In this document: positions 47,926-57,631 of the stretch, one piece after another
Numbering within the stretch: the stretch's first letter is position 1
Layout of the letters: every line of letters begins with the position of its first letter
Assembly: GCA_963783675.1 (NCBI GenBank)
Contig: CAWAOU010000001.1
Span: 15,905 to 79,904 of the forward strand
From: an uncultured Gammaproteobacteria bacterium
Lineage (GTDB): Bacteria > Pseudomonadota > Gammaproteobacteria > Competibacterales > JAHEDQ01
Reading direction: 5' to 3'
DNA: 64,000 bases
Translations under genes and position numbers: made by a program
Notes under the pieces: model-generated
Seen by the model: the letters and a program-made list of their open reading frames with translations, nothing else
Told to the model about the DNA's origin: nothing
Database searches by the model: none

Positions 47926-49064
47926 AGGGGGATCGCCGCCTCCAATTCCTCGAGGGTTGCCTTGGCGGCCGTGTCCCAGGTAAAACCGGCGGCCCGCTCT
48001 ATCCCCGCTGCGATCAGGCGCTGTCGCAGGGGCTGGTCCTGGAGCAGGCGGCTCAGGCAGTCGGTGATTGCAGGCACATCAATCGGGTCGAAAAGCAGTC
48101 CAGCGTCGCCGACGACCTCCGGGATGCTTGAGGTATTCGCCGCGCAGACCGGGGTGCCGCTGGCCATAGCCTCCAGCACCGGGATGCCGAAACCCTCGAA
48201 CAGCGACGGGAAGACGAAGGCATCCGCGGCAGCGTAAAGCGCCGGGATGGCCCCGTCGGCGACAAAGCCGGGGAAGACCACGGCGTCGCTCAGGCCCAGT
48301 TCCGCCACCCGCGCATGGATGATCTCGGCTCCGTTCCAGCGGCCACCCACCAGGACCAGCTTGTGGGGCAGATCGGTGGTGCGTTTAAGGGCAGCGAAGG
48401 CCTCCAGCAGGCGCACGTGATTCTTACCCGGGTGCTCCAGGCGAGCGATATAGAGCACATAGCGCTCCGGAATGTGCAACTCGGCCGGCAGCTCTGCGCG
48501 CGCGCTGGTCTGGGGGCGCGGCGTGAAGCGCTGCAGGTCGGCCCCGTTGTAGACCACACGGATACGCCGGGGGACGACCTGTGCGAACGACTCCAGATCG
48601 CGGCGGGTGGATTCGCTTACGGAGATCACCCGGGTCAAACGCCTCATCATCCGCGGCAGGACGCGCATGATGTAAAACATGCGCGCCGCATCGTACTTCT
48701 GGGGAACGTGTAGCTGGGAAAAGTCGTGCACCGTGCCGACGCTCGGGACGCCGTAGGACCAGGCCAGCCGGCGATTGCCCGCGGGCATGAAGACCAGGTT
48801 GCAGCGATGCCGGCGCAGCATTCCGGGGAGGGAGACTAAGTGCCAGAGGATGCCGGCCACCGGGTGCCCGGTCCAGTCGGGCAGGGCGACGACCTCAAGG
48901 CGTGGGTGCCAGGTCCTTACCCAGTCCGCATCCGATCGGTTGATGAAGGCGACGAAATCATGCTGGGGGGCCATTGCGACCAGGCGTCCGACCACGTTGG
49001 CCGCATACTGACTGATGCCGGATTTGCCACTGTCGGTGGCAAATGCAGAGATGCCGATCTTCAT
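47922..49064 (-). CDS. GT4 glycosyltransferase
   Basis: MKIGISAF...; PSLFEGFGIPVLEAMASGTPVCAANTSSIPEVVGDAG. ATGA overlaps at both ends. Confidence 0.85.
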   Translation of the reverse strand: MKIGISAFATDSGKSGISQYAANVVGRLVAMAPQHDFVAFINRSDADWVRTWHPRLEVVALPDWTGHPVAGILWHLVSLPGMLRRHRCNLVFMPAGNRRLAWSYGVPSVGTVHDFSQLHVPQKYDAARMFYIMRVLPRMMRRLTRVISVSESTRRDLESFAQVVPRRIRVVYNGADLQRFTPRPQTSARAELPAELHIPERYVLYIARLEHPGKNHVRLLEAFAALKRTTDLPHKLVLVGGRWNGAEIIHARVAELGLSDAVVFPGFVADGAIPALYAAADAFVFPSLFEGFGIPVLEAMASGTPVCAANTSSIPEVVGDAGLLFDPIDVPAITDCLSRLLQDQPLRQRLIAAGIERAAGFTWDTAAKATLEELEAAIPL

Positions 49065-50230
49065 ACCGCTTCCCCTAGGACCTGCATGAGCCGGTCCAGG
49101 TACTGGTCCGGCTGAAAGCGCTCGCGCACCCGGGCCAGCCCAGCCTGGCCCAGCGCTGTGGCCCATCGTGGGTTGGCCAGCAGGCTCGCGATGGCGGCGC
49201 CTAGAGCGCCTGTGTCGGCCTCGGGTACCAGGATACCTGTCACCCCGTCATCCAGCCAGTCCGGGATGCCGCCGACGGCAAAGCCGATCACCGGTCGCCC
49301 CCTCGCCATGGCCTCCACCCCGACCATGCCGAAGGGCTCCGGCCATCGGGACGGAACGACACAGACTGCGGCGTGGGCATAGTAGGATTCCAGGGAAATG
49401 TGCGGAACCCAGCCGGCGAAGGTCACGCGTGCGGCGATGCCCAACTCCTGGGCTAGCAGCCGGCAGGCGTCAAGGTGGTTGCCGGTACCGACGATGGTCG
49501 CGTGCCACTCCCCCGGGACCTGGACCAGGGCCCGGAGCAGCAGGTCCACACCCTTGCCGCGTATCACCTGGCCCACGAAGAGGACCTCAGGTTGGCCGGA
49601 GGCCGGGAGGGGACTGGACTTGGCCAAGGCTGCGGGGATGGGCGGGACGATGGCAATCCGGGCCGGGTCCAGGCCATTGACGGTCAGCTCGCGCGCCATC
49701 CAACGGCTCCCGACCATGAGACTGCGGACCTCCCGGTGAGCATGGATTGCCGCCTTGACCCCGCCGAGCCCTTTGAATGCGATGGGCAGAACGGAGCCCC
49801 GCGCCGCCCTCTGTATGAAGCAGAGGTTGAGATAGCAGGCGAGCCCGGCGGGCCGGTCGCAGACCCGGCTGTTGAGGGGGAAGTATTTGTGCCGGCGCAG
49901 GCACACAAGATCGTGGTCATGGACCATGCGTACCGTGGGGCGCCGTCGGGCCAGCCCCGTGATCCGGACGGGATCTTCCACCTTGTGCAGGAAGAGCAGG
50001 TCCGGGGCGAAGCTGGCGATCAGGGCGTCGTCAGTTCCGGCGCTTTCGAAGGCCGCCAGGTACTCGTCCTGGGGCGCACTGTCCGCGTGGAGCAACCCCT
50101 GGGGCCATCCGCGGGCGGCCAGGCCGCGGGCGGTGTCGTAGAGAATCTGCTCGACCCCACCATGGAAACCGGCCCGCTCGTGGACGTGCAGGACGCGCAC
50201 CTCAGGCGCCCCTTCGCCGCGGGAGGTCAC
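49061..50230 (-). CDS. GT4 glycosyltransferase
   Basis: PSRWPEPFGMVGVEAMARGRPVIGFAVGGIPDWL. An alternative GTG start at 50200 would remove the 29-nt overlap. Confidence 0.85.
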   Translation of the reverse strand: MTSRGEGAPEVRVLHVHERAGFHGGVEQILYDTARGLAARGWPQGLLHADSAPQDEYLAAFESAGTDDALIASFAPDLLFLHKVEDPVRITGLARRRPTVRMVHDHDLVCLRRHKYFPLNSRVCDRPAGLACYLNLCFIQRAARGSVLPIAFKGLGGVKAAIHAHREVRSLMVGSRWMARELTVNGLDPARIAIVPPIPAALAKSSPLPASGQPEVLFVGQVIRGKGVDLLLRALVQVPGEWHATIVGTGNHLDACRLLAQELGIAARVTFAGWVPHISLESYYAHAAVCVVPSRWPEPFGMVGVEAMARGRPVIGFAVGGIPDWLDDGVTGILVPEADTGALGAAIASLLANPRWATALGQAGLARVRERFQPDQYLDRLMQVLGEAV

Positions 50231-51440
50231 GGTAGATATTCATCAGGCGTTCAGCGATGGCCGACCAGGCAAAGTCTCGCCGAGCCTTCGCCTTGCCGGC
50301 GGCGGCGATGCGCGCGGCCAGGCCGGGGTCCTGCAGAACCTGGATCAGGCGAGCGGCGAGATCGTCTGCGTCGCCCGGATCGCAGTGGATGATGTCCTCG
50401 CCGTCCCGCGTGAAGGAGGGTATGCCGCCCACTCTGGCCGCCACCACCGGACGCCCGGCGGCCCAGGCCTCCAAGATGACGATGCCAAAGGGCTCGTGTA
50501 GCGATGGCAGGCAGAAGACCTCTGCCGCGTGATAGGCGGCGGGGAGCATGGGGTCGTCCGGGCGCAGTCCCGGCACCAGGGTCACGCGCTCGGTCAGGCC
50601 GAGGTCCGCGATCCGGGCAAGCAGCCGTTCCTGGTAACCGGCCACGGTTACCGGGCCAAGCAAAACCAGGTGGACCTCAGGGACTCGCTCCTGCACCCGA
50701 GCCATGGCCTCGACCAGACCGATTTGATTCTTCTGGTAATCGATACGGCTCACACAAAGGACGATGCGGCGGCTGGGGCTTATGCCATGGGCTGCGCGGA
50801 AGGACGTAGCGTCGCCTTTGGCGAAGAGGTCGCAATCCACGCCATTGGGCAGGAGTTCCACGCGTTGCGCAGGGAGCATGGACTTGGCCGTCGAGTACTC
50901 GTCGCCGCCCACGCAGAGCACAGCGGCGGCGTCCTCCAGCACGCGTCGCGACCCCAGCATGGCGCCGAAGACCCGGCCCCACTCGACTCGGTTTCGGATG
51001 GGGGCCAGCATCTGGTCCATCTCCCCCTTGGGCACCTCGAAATAGCCCCCGTGCAGTGTCACCACGTAGGGGATGCGGCGCAGGTGCGCGGCGGTCCGCA
51101 CGATGCCGCCCAAACGTTTACCGGTGTGGGCGTGCAGCATGTCAACCTCAGGCTCCCGAACTAGCCCCGACAGAAGAGATAGGGACAAAAGGTTTCCGCC
51201 CTTTTTGTCCATGTCGCGGCGGTCGTCTGCAGTCAGCCCGAAGAAGGGGTAGCTGTAGGGAAAGCGGCGCACCGCAACACCCTGAACGACCTCATCGTGT
51301 CGGTCCGAGAGGGCCAGACTGGTGAAGATGGCAACCTCGTGACCGCTCCTCTGCAGGGCCCGGCTGGTCTGGAGGATGGTTGTCTCGGTCCCGCCCCACT
51401 CATCGGTGACGAAACGCCTCGGGATCTGGATGATCTTCAC
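50202..51440 (-). CDS. GT4 glycosyltransferase
   Basis: GTG start in a GTGA overlap with the upstream stop. VKIIQIPRRF...PSLHEPFGIVILEAWAAGRPVVAARVGGIPSF. Confidence 0.85.
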   Translation of the reverse strand: MKIIQIPRRFVTDEWGGTETTILQTSRALQRSGHEVAIFTSLALSDRHDEVVQGVAVRRFPYSYPFFGLTADDRRDMDKKGGNLLSLSLLSGLVREPEVDMLHAHTGKRLGGIVRTAAHLRRIPYVVTLHGGYFEVPKGEMDQMLAPIRNRVEWGRVFGAMLGSRRVLEDAAAVLCVGGDEYSTAKSMLPAQRVELLPNGVDCDLFAKGDATSFRAAHGISPSRRIVLCVSRIDYQKNQIGLVEAMARVQERVPEVHLVLLGPVTVAGYQERLLARIADLGLTERVTLVPGLRPDDPMLPAAYHAAEVFCLPSLHEPFGIVILEAWAAGRPVVAARVGGIPSFTRDGEDIIHCDPGDADDLAARLIQVLQDPGLAARIAAAGKAKARRDFAWSAIAERLMNIYRDLPRRRGA

Positions 51441-52081
51441 GTGGTCTCCCCGGCGTTCTCGGATTCCGGTGCACCCTGGCGCCTCCCGATTACCCGGGCC
51501 GGCACCCCCACGGCTATGGACCAGGGGGGGATCGACTTGGTGACGACGGCGCCGGCGCCCACGATGCTCCCGTGGCCGATGGTCACCCCCTGCAGGACGA
51601 CTGCGTTGAGCCCGATCCAGACATCGTCCTCGATGACCACGGGGTCGATGACCACGGGCTGGTCGTTTACCGGGATGTCGCAGCGTTCGGCGCTGTGAGA
51701 CACGGTATTGATGCTGCTGTGACCGGCTACCAGGACGTTTCGCCCAATGGCTACCCCCCCGTTGCCGTAAATCAGGCAGAAGGGTCCGAGCCAAGAACGG
51801 TCCCCGAGGGTCACTCGACCCCGGTTGGCGTTGATTACCACCGCGTCGTTGATGGATACCCCCTTACCCAACTCGATGCCCGGGGACTGGTCCGTGTTGG
51901 CGCGCAAGGTGACATTGCGCCCGATGCCCGTGCCGTCACCGATTCGGATGCGTCCGGGGTACTGGAGACTGCCCCCGGACTCGATGCGGCATCCCCGGCC
52001 CAGGGCCCCGAGGCGGAGTCGGTACCAGCTGAGGCGCAGGCCCTCCAGGGTGTTGCGGATCAGACTCAATGGGCCGGGCAT
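51437..52081 (-). CDS. Hexapeptide-repeat O-acetyltransferase (WcaF/WbbJ-like)
   Basis: Left-handed beta-helix repeats ...IGDGTGIGRNVTLRAN...IGRNVLVAGHSSINTVSH...IEDDVWIGLNAVVLQGVTIGHGSIVGAGAVV. Confidence 0.8.
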   Translation of the reverse strand: MPGPLSLIRNTLEGLRLSWYRLRLGALGRGCRIESGGSLQYPGRIRIGDGTGIGRNVTLRANTDQSPGIELGKGVSINDAVVINANRGRVTLGDRSWLGPFCLIYGNGGVAIGRNVLVAGHSSINTVSHSAERCDIPVNDQPVVIDPVVIEDDVWIGLNAVVLQGVTIGHGSIVGAGAVVTKSIPPWSIAVGVPARVIGRRQGAPESENAGETT

Positions 52082-52089
52082 GACACTGG

Positions 52090-53622
52090 TTACTCGGTCG
52101 GGGGCACGTGCGTGGTGCGGGAGCGGTTAAAAATGGAGCGTGCCTTTCCGACGACCAACTCCCGCTCCCAGCCGGAAAGGCCGGTCCGATAAAAAGTGGC
52201 GTAGTAGAGCAGGGCGGCTATGCCGCCCTCAAGGATGATCCAGCCAAAGTTGTTCGGCGGCTGCGCGTAGGCCATCAGGGCAGCTGCCCCCAGGGTCGGT
52301 ATCAGGGCCGGGATGGTCGGCCAGATGGCGTGGCGCAGAAATTCCGCCACGCCGAGCCCCTGCTCCCGGCACGCCCGCGGCACGACGAGCAAGAACTCCC
52401 CGACCAGGGTCGCCAGCAGCGTCCCCAAAGCGACGCCGGTTAGCCCGAAAATCTGAATCAGGATAATGGAGAGGATCAGGTTCAAAATCGCCGAGCCGCC
52501 CATCGCGAAAGCGACGAAGCGATGTTCCCCGGTCATGCCCAACACGTTGGCGGCGTTCAGCTGGACGCTGGAGAACAGCACGGCCAGCAGGAGGATGCGC
52601 AGCAGGGGTGCAGCCTCGGCGAACTCCTGCCCCATCCAGCGGATCAGTATGGCGTCGGCGTAGAAGAACAGGAGCGCGATGAACGGGACCGCGACGGCCA
52701 ACAGGAAGCGGGTCCCGTCCACCAGGATGCGCCGCACGATTTCGGTATCTCCGGCACCCTTCGACTGGGAAACCAGCGGCATAAGGGCGTTGGAGAATTG
52801 TTTGTTGAGCAGGTAGGTGTACTCGGCGATCTTGGCCGCGACCGCATAAACCGCCACCGCGCTTAGGGCGAGAAACATCTTGATGACCACTGGGTCGATG
52901 CGCAAGATGACCAGCACCGCTACATTGGCGATGAAGAAGTACACCGAAAATCCCAGCAGCTCGCGCACCCGGGCGCGGGAGAAGAGCCGGGGAGAGGCCG
53001 ACAGCCCCGGCGTCAGCCGAATGGCCAGCGGCAGCATCACCAAGGGGCCGAGCAGCATTGTCGCGGCGGTGGCGATGGCCACGCCCACCAGGCCGAAGCC
53101 TGCCTCCAGCAGGATGACGATCAGAGCTGCGTTGACCAGAGTGATGACCAGCTCGATGGCGTTGACCAGGTGCATGCGCCCGCTACCGATGAGGATCGCC
53201 TTCACCAAACTGGCCGGGAAGTTGATTGCGACGACTGTGCCGATAAGCCATAGGGCAATAGTGAAAGGCTGCGCCCGATCCGGAGCCAGGTCGAACCAGC
53301 CCGAGGCCGGTCCGGCTAGGATCGCGACCAGTACCAGGCAGATCGCTCCCAGGACCGAGTAGACCACCAGCAAGGTGGCCAGGACCTCGTTGCGTCGGGC
53401 GTGGTCACCGCTGGCGGTTAGCTCAGCGACATACTTCATCGCTGCGGTGGCAAATCCCAGATCCAGCAGCCCGAACAGTCCGACGACGGCGAAAATCAGG
53501 GACCAGAGGCCGAACATGTCCATGCCCAGGCGCGATACCATGAACGGGATGAGGAAGAACATCACCGCTATACCGACGATAACCCGTAGGTAGTTGCTGG
53601 CGATGTTGATCACCCATCGCAT
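52090..53622 (-). CDS. Wzx-type polysaccharide flippase (MOP superfamily)
   Basis: 510 aa, ~14 TM. The N-terminus MRWVINIASNYLRVIVGIAVMFFLIPFMVSRLGMDMFGLWSL is typical. Confidence 0.8.
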   Translation of the reverse strand: MRWVINIASNYLRVIVGIAVMFFLIPFMVSRLGMDMFGLWSLIFAVVGLFGLLDLGFATAAMKYVAELTASGDHARRNEVLATLLVVYSVLGAICLVLVAILAGPASGWFDLAPDRAQPFTIALWLIGTVVAINFPASLVKAILIGSGRMHLVNAIELVITLVNAALIVILLEAGFGLVGVAIATAATMLLGPLVMLPLAIRLTPGLSASPRLFSRARVRELLGFSVYFFIANVAVLVILRIDPVVIKMFLALSAVAVYAVAAKIAEYTYLLNKQFSNALMPLVSQSKGAGDTEIVRRILVDGTRFLLAVAVPFIALLFFYADAILIRWMGQEFAEAAPLLRILLLAVLFSSVQLNAANVLGMTGEHRFVAFAMGGSAILNLILSIILIQIFGLTGVALGTLLATLVGEFLLVVPRACREQGLGVAEFLRHAIWPTIPALIPTLGAAALMAYAQPPNNFGWIILEGGIAALLYYATFYRTGLSGWERELVVGKARSIFNRSRTTHVPPTE

Positions 53623-53649
53623 GATGGCGGGGCGCGGGCTGGCGAGTAT

Positions 53650-54804
53650 CTATGCGCCGGACTCGGCGCGCATCAGGTGGAACATGTCGGTGATTGCCCG
53701 GGGGTCGTTTGGCGGCTCGACGTTGGAGAGTAGGGACGCGTCCGAGTCCGGGTCGTCCGGGTGGTAGCCGTGCATCCCGGTGATAGGCGTGAGCCCCATG
53801 TGGCTTGGAACGATGAGGACGCCGGCATTCATCAGAAAAATCAGCTCCCCATACTGATCACCCTCGAAGTCACAACCCAGTTGTGCGAGTTCTTCCTTCG
53901 GCAGCACACGGCCCTCGGGCACCTGCTCCAATAACTCGATGATGCGCTCGCGTGCAGGCGGGTTGTGGAACCAGAAGCGCCCCATCGTGGAATCATAGGT
54001 TGCGGTGTAGTCGCGGCCGAACTCGAGCCCCAGCGCCTCGATTTTGCTCATCAGGTCGATGTGGGTGTGGACCGTTGCCATGCCGTGGTCGGAGCAGATG
54101 AACAGCCGCACCTCGTCATAGTGCTCGGAGGCCGTGCGCAGCACCTCTTTCAGCTGCGCCTCGTACCAGGCGAGCTTTTGATCCACCAGGGGACTCTCCT
54201 TGCCGACTTCGTGGAGCAGCGCATCCATGGATGCCATGTATAACAACGCAAACGCGATTTCACCCTTATTCAGGTCGGACTTGAGCGTCGCCAGGTTGTT
54301 CTCTTCCGAATCCCGCCAGTCGGAGACGTGGTAGGGCACCCCGGCGTGGCTCAAGTGATCGAATATGTTCTCGCCCCTGTTTATACCGCCCGGTACGAAC
54401 AGGTCACTTTTCTCGCAGTAGTCGAACTTGTCGACGTGCTCAAAGGGGATGTTGTAGAGCTGGAAGTATCCCGTGTAGCTGTACAGGCGCTTGATGAGCT
54501 TACTGACAAGGTTGCGCACTCTTCCGCGATCGACCAGGGAGCGTGGAAGTAGCCCAAGCAGGCGCAGCGGTTTGAACGGTGAGGTCTGGGGCGAATAGTA
54601 GAAGAAAGACCAGTGAAGGTGCTCCCGGGGCATCAGTCCGGTGAGGATCGAGGGGATGCAGGCGGACGAGAACCCGAATACCGAGCGCAGCTTGCGCCGG
54701 ACCGGCAACTGGTCCTCCATGAACCGGCGCCCCTTCAACACTTCCCAGCCGAGCGCGTCGATGAAGGCGACGATCGAAATCTTCGGGGCTTTGTTCTCAC
54801 TCAT
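53650..54804 (-). CDS. Alkaline-phosphatase-superfamily enzyme (type I phosphodiesterase/nucleotide pyrophosphatase-like)
   Basis: KISIVAFIDALGWEV...FGFSSACIPSILTG...LFICSDHGM...GMHGYHPDD. Confidence 0.65.
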   Translation of the reverse strand: MSENKAPKISIVAFIDALGWEVLKGRRFMEDQLPVRRKLRSVFGFSSACIPSILTGLMPREHLHWSFFYYSPQTSPFKPLRLLGLLPRSLVDRGRVRNLVSKLIKRLYSYTGYFQLYNIPFEHVDKFDYCEKSDLFVPGGINRGENIFDHLSHAGVPYHVSDWRDSEENNLATLKSDLNKGEIAFALLYMASMDALLHEVGKESPLVDQKLAWYEAQLKEVLRTASEHYDEVRLFICSDHGMATVHTHIDLMSKIEALGLEFGRDYTATYDSTMGRFWFHNPPARERIIELLEQVPEGRVLPKEELAQLGCDFEGDQYGELIFLMNAGVLIVPSHMGLTPITGMHGYHPDDPDSDASLLSNVEPPNDPRAITDMFHLMRAESGA

Positions 54805-54859
54805 TGTGCTTCTCCGCGCGTCCTGTTTATGCAAGGGATCCCGTCGGGTTGATGGCTTC

Positions 54860-55195
54860 TCAGCTCAAGGCCCGCAGTGCACCCGCCTCGTCGTCGAAAA
54901 TCTGGAAAACCGTATGCAGGCGCGTGAGCTCGAACAGGGCCCGCACGGTGGTTCCCATGCCTACGAGGTAGACGTCGCCGTCTTTCTTGCGCGCAGCCTG
55001 CAGGCTGCTGACAAGCACCGCGAGTCCGCTCGAATCCATGAAGGTCGTGTCCGCGAGATCGAGAACCAGCTTCCCGCTCCCGCTGCTGATGATGTCCTTG
55101 ATCGACGCGCGTGCGTCGGCTGCGTCGGCCATCATCAATCGTTCGGGCAGCTTGACGATGTCGACGCCATCCTGGGTGCGGTGTTCAAGGTTCAT
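54860..55195 (-). CDS. STAS-domain anti-sigma-factor antagonist
   Basis: KLVLDLADTTFMDSSGLAVLVSSLQAARKKDGDVYLVG has the phosphorylatable DSSG Ser. Confidence 0.85.
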   Translation of the reverse strand: MNLEHRTQDGVDIVKLPERLMMADAADARASIKDIISSGSGKLVLDLADTTFMDSSGLAVLVSSLQAARKKDGDVYLVGMGTTVRALFELTRLHTVFQIFDDEAGALRALS

Positions 55196-55263
55196 TGTCG
55201 CTTCTCCCTTCAGTTATTCGCTCTGGGTGTCCGGCAGCCGCAGGCCGCGCCGGCGATGCGTGA

Positions 55264-55671
55264 TTACAGCCGGCGCGTCAGTGTCAGCACGTTTTCGTTG
55301 CGCTCTCTGGTGTAGGTTGCAGTGTCCGTCCACTGGCGGATGATATGCCATCCGCGCCCGGATTCGGCATCCGTTTCCGCCGCCACCGGTGATTCTGGTG
55401 GAGGGGAAGACATGGGCTGACCCCGATCGCGGATTTCTACGGCGATCCCATCTTGCCGTCTAAGCCAAAGCAGAGAGATTGGATGCCCCAGTTCTCCCCC
55501 GTAGGCGTGCTTCATGCAGTTGTTTACCGCTTCGACGATCGCGCAGGTCAGCTGGAAAGCGGCCAGGTCGCTGAGGCCAGCCTCGCCACACAAGGCTGAC
55601 AGCCTGGCCTGGAGCCTCGGTACCTCCGCCGGGTTGCTGTCGAGATCAAGCCGCACTTTAGCGATCATCAC
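55264..55671 (-). CDS. RsbW/SpoIIAB-like serine kinase (anti-sigma regulatory factor)
   Basis: AFQLTCAIVEAVNNCMKHAY...IAVEIRDRGQ...GRGWHIIRQWTD is HATPase_c_2-like. Confidence 0.8.
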   Translation of the reverse strand: MMIAKVRLDLDSNPAEVPRLQARLSALCGEAGLSDLAAFQLTCAIVEAVNNCMKHAYGGELGHPISLLWLRRQDGIAVEIRDRGQPMSSPPPESPVAAETDAESGRGWHIIRQWTDTATYTRERNENVLTLTRRL

Positions 55672-56216
55672 GGGCTTCGCCGAGCCTCCGTGTCGGCCTG
55701 CCTTGCCGGCTGTATCAGGAGATTGTGGTCCTCGCTCAAGCGCTTCAGATGCCGTGCGTCGTCGATCAGCCAGCCAAGATCCGCTTGTCGATGGCTGAAG
55801 AAGGTGCCGTCCGGTTTGATGCAGTGACCGTGGCTGATGATGAGCCTATCGAGGCGCGCCACGCTGGTGATTTCCGTGTCGTAGTCTACCAGACATTCGC
55901 GTATCTCGGCCCCGGATTCGATCACAGATCCCGGCCCGATCACCGTTGGGCCCTCGATCAACGCCCCGTCGCCGACTTCGGAACTCCCCCTATGTCGACG
56001 GGGCCGCGAATGACGACCCGTTCCCGAGTAATCCTCGATAGTCGGTGCCAGGTGACTGGTATTTATCACGATCTGGTCCACGCTATGTTGGCGAAGCAGC
56101 TCGATGATCGACGCCAACACGGGTTTACGTATCAAAGGGATCATCGGCTTAGGCACGTCGTAGGCCAGAGGCTGCACCCGCGTGCCTTTGCCAGCGGCAA
56201 GGATCATTGCCTTCAT
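55668..56216 (-). CDS. Truncated sugar-phosphate nucleotidyltransferase-like ORF (internal deletion)
   Basis: MKAMILAAGKGTRVQPLAYDVPKPMIPL...INTSHLAPTIEDY, then directly a beta-helix-like segment GDGALIEGPTVIGPGSVIESGAEI. About 170 aa of the expected catalytic domain are missing. 4-nt overlaps with both neighbours are retained. Confidence 0.55.
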   Translation of the reverse strand: MKAMILAAGKGTRVQPLAYDVPKPMIPLIRKPVLASIIELLRQHSVDQIVINTSHLAPTIEDYSGTGRHSRPRRHRGSSEVGDGALIEGPTVIGPGSVIESGAEIRECLVDYDTEITSVARLDRLIISHGHCIKPDGTFFSHRQADLGWLIDDARHLKRLSEDHNLLIQPARQADTEARRSP

Positions 56217-57451
56217 CGTCTCTCTCCGGGAAATTGGTCCGGGTATGGCTCGTTACTCGACTCTGACGGGCGTTCCAGAACAAGTACTGAAATGTCGTCT
56301 TCGAAGTCGCTTTGCCCCCGCCACTCCCGCAGACGGTCCGCGAGGGCGGAAGTCAACGTTGGCAAGGAGGAGCGGGCGGTGGCTGCCATGACGGCTTTCA
56401 TCTGGTCGTCGCCGAAGAGTTCTCCGTGCGGGCTTTGGCACTCGGTAACACCGTCCGAATACAGGATCATTCTGTCTCCGGGGCCAAGGTGCAGGACCTG
56501 AGTGTTGTAGGCGACGTCCGAGAACATGCCCACGGGGAGTCCGCCGGGCTTCAGATACTCGATCTCCCCGCTAGGGTGAAGGACGATCGGGAGCGGGTGA
56601 CCCGCTAGGGCGATTGCGGCCTCGCCAGTGCGCTTGTCGAGTGTGCCGTAGATGATGGTCGCGAAATTCTCAATCTCGCTGTCCGGGTCAACTAACTGCC
56701 GGTTCAGGTCTGCCAGGAATCTCGCCGGGTCCAAGAAGTCTGCCTGTGCCGCGACGCCCGGTCCACCGCCGGGGATCAGGGATCGGCTCAGGCTCGCGGA
56801 GAGCAGCGCCGCCGGGATCCCGTGCCCTGACACGTCCAGGTGATAAAAACCGATGAGATCCGGGGTCAACTCGAAGAAATTGAAACTGTCCCCGGACACC
56901 TGGGCGGCGGGCAGGAAAAGCCACTCAGCCCGAAACGGGAACACGACGCGGTCGGATGTCGGCAACATCTGTACCTGAATTCGGGCCGCTGTCGCCAGGT
57001 CGGTCTGGATCTGGCCGTAAGCTTGTTCCAGCCGGTTGCGGGAGTCCCACAGCTCGCGGTTTTGCTCTGCGAGTCGCTGCTCCAAGTTCAAGATACGTTC
57101 TGCGACGCGCAGTCGCGCTTTCAGCACCTGCGCGTCGAGAGGTTTGCTCAGGAAGTCATCTGCACCCGCATTCAGGCCTTCCAATAAATCCGCTTTGTCT
57201 GCGCGTCCCGTTAGCAGGATGACGTAGACGTAATGTCCGAGGTCGGCTTCGCGAACCGCGCGACAAAGATCGGGCCCGGACATGCCCGGCATCACCCAGT
57301 CGCAAACGACGATGCGAATATCCGACTGTTTGATACGCGAGAAGCCATCCAGCCCTTCACTCGCATCCTCCGTCTCGTAGCCCCACTTTTCGAGCAGGGC
57401 GCGGACGTAGATGCGTATGTCGGGTGCGTCGTCGATGACTAGGGCTTTCAC
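56213..57451 (-). CDS. Response regulator with PP2C (SpoIIE/RsbU-type) phosphatase output
   Basis: REC: MKALVIDDAPDIR...VVCDWVMPGMSG...DDFLSKP. PP2C: ...VSGDSFNFFEL...YHLDVSGHGIPAALL...ILYSDGVTE. Confidence 0.9.
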   Translation of the reverse strand: MKALVIDDAPDIRIYVRALLEKWGYETEDASEGLDGFSRIKQSDIRIVVCDWVMPGMSGPDLCRAVREADLGHYVYVILLTGRADKADLLEGLNAGADDFLSKPLDAQVLKARLRVAERILNLEQRLAEQNRELWDSRNRLEQAYGQIQTDLATAARIQVQMLPTSDRVVFPFRAEWLFLPAAQVSGDSFNFFELTPDLIGFYHLDVSGHGIPAALLSASLSRSLIPGGGPGVAAQADFLDPARFLADLNRQLVDPDSEIENFATIIYGTLDKRTGEAAIALAGHPLPIVLHPSGEIEYLKPGGLPVGMFSDVAYNTQVLHLGPGDRMILYSDGVTECQSPHGELFGDDQMKAVMAATARSSLPTLTSALADRLREWRGQSDFEDDISVLVLERPSESSNEPYPDQFPGERR

Positions 57452-57631
57452 GGGTTTCGAGGACTGAGGTGGTTATTAGTTGAAAGCAAAGCATATGCCA
57501 ATCACGATCGAATCGGTTGTTTGCTTTCATGATTTGCCCGCTCGCTGCGCTTCCCCCGCAGCGGGGTACAGGGATGGCCGAATTTTAGGTATTCTTCGCG
57601 CTAACTTCGCAGCCAGCTGGACCTTTGGCAT

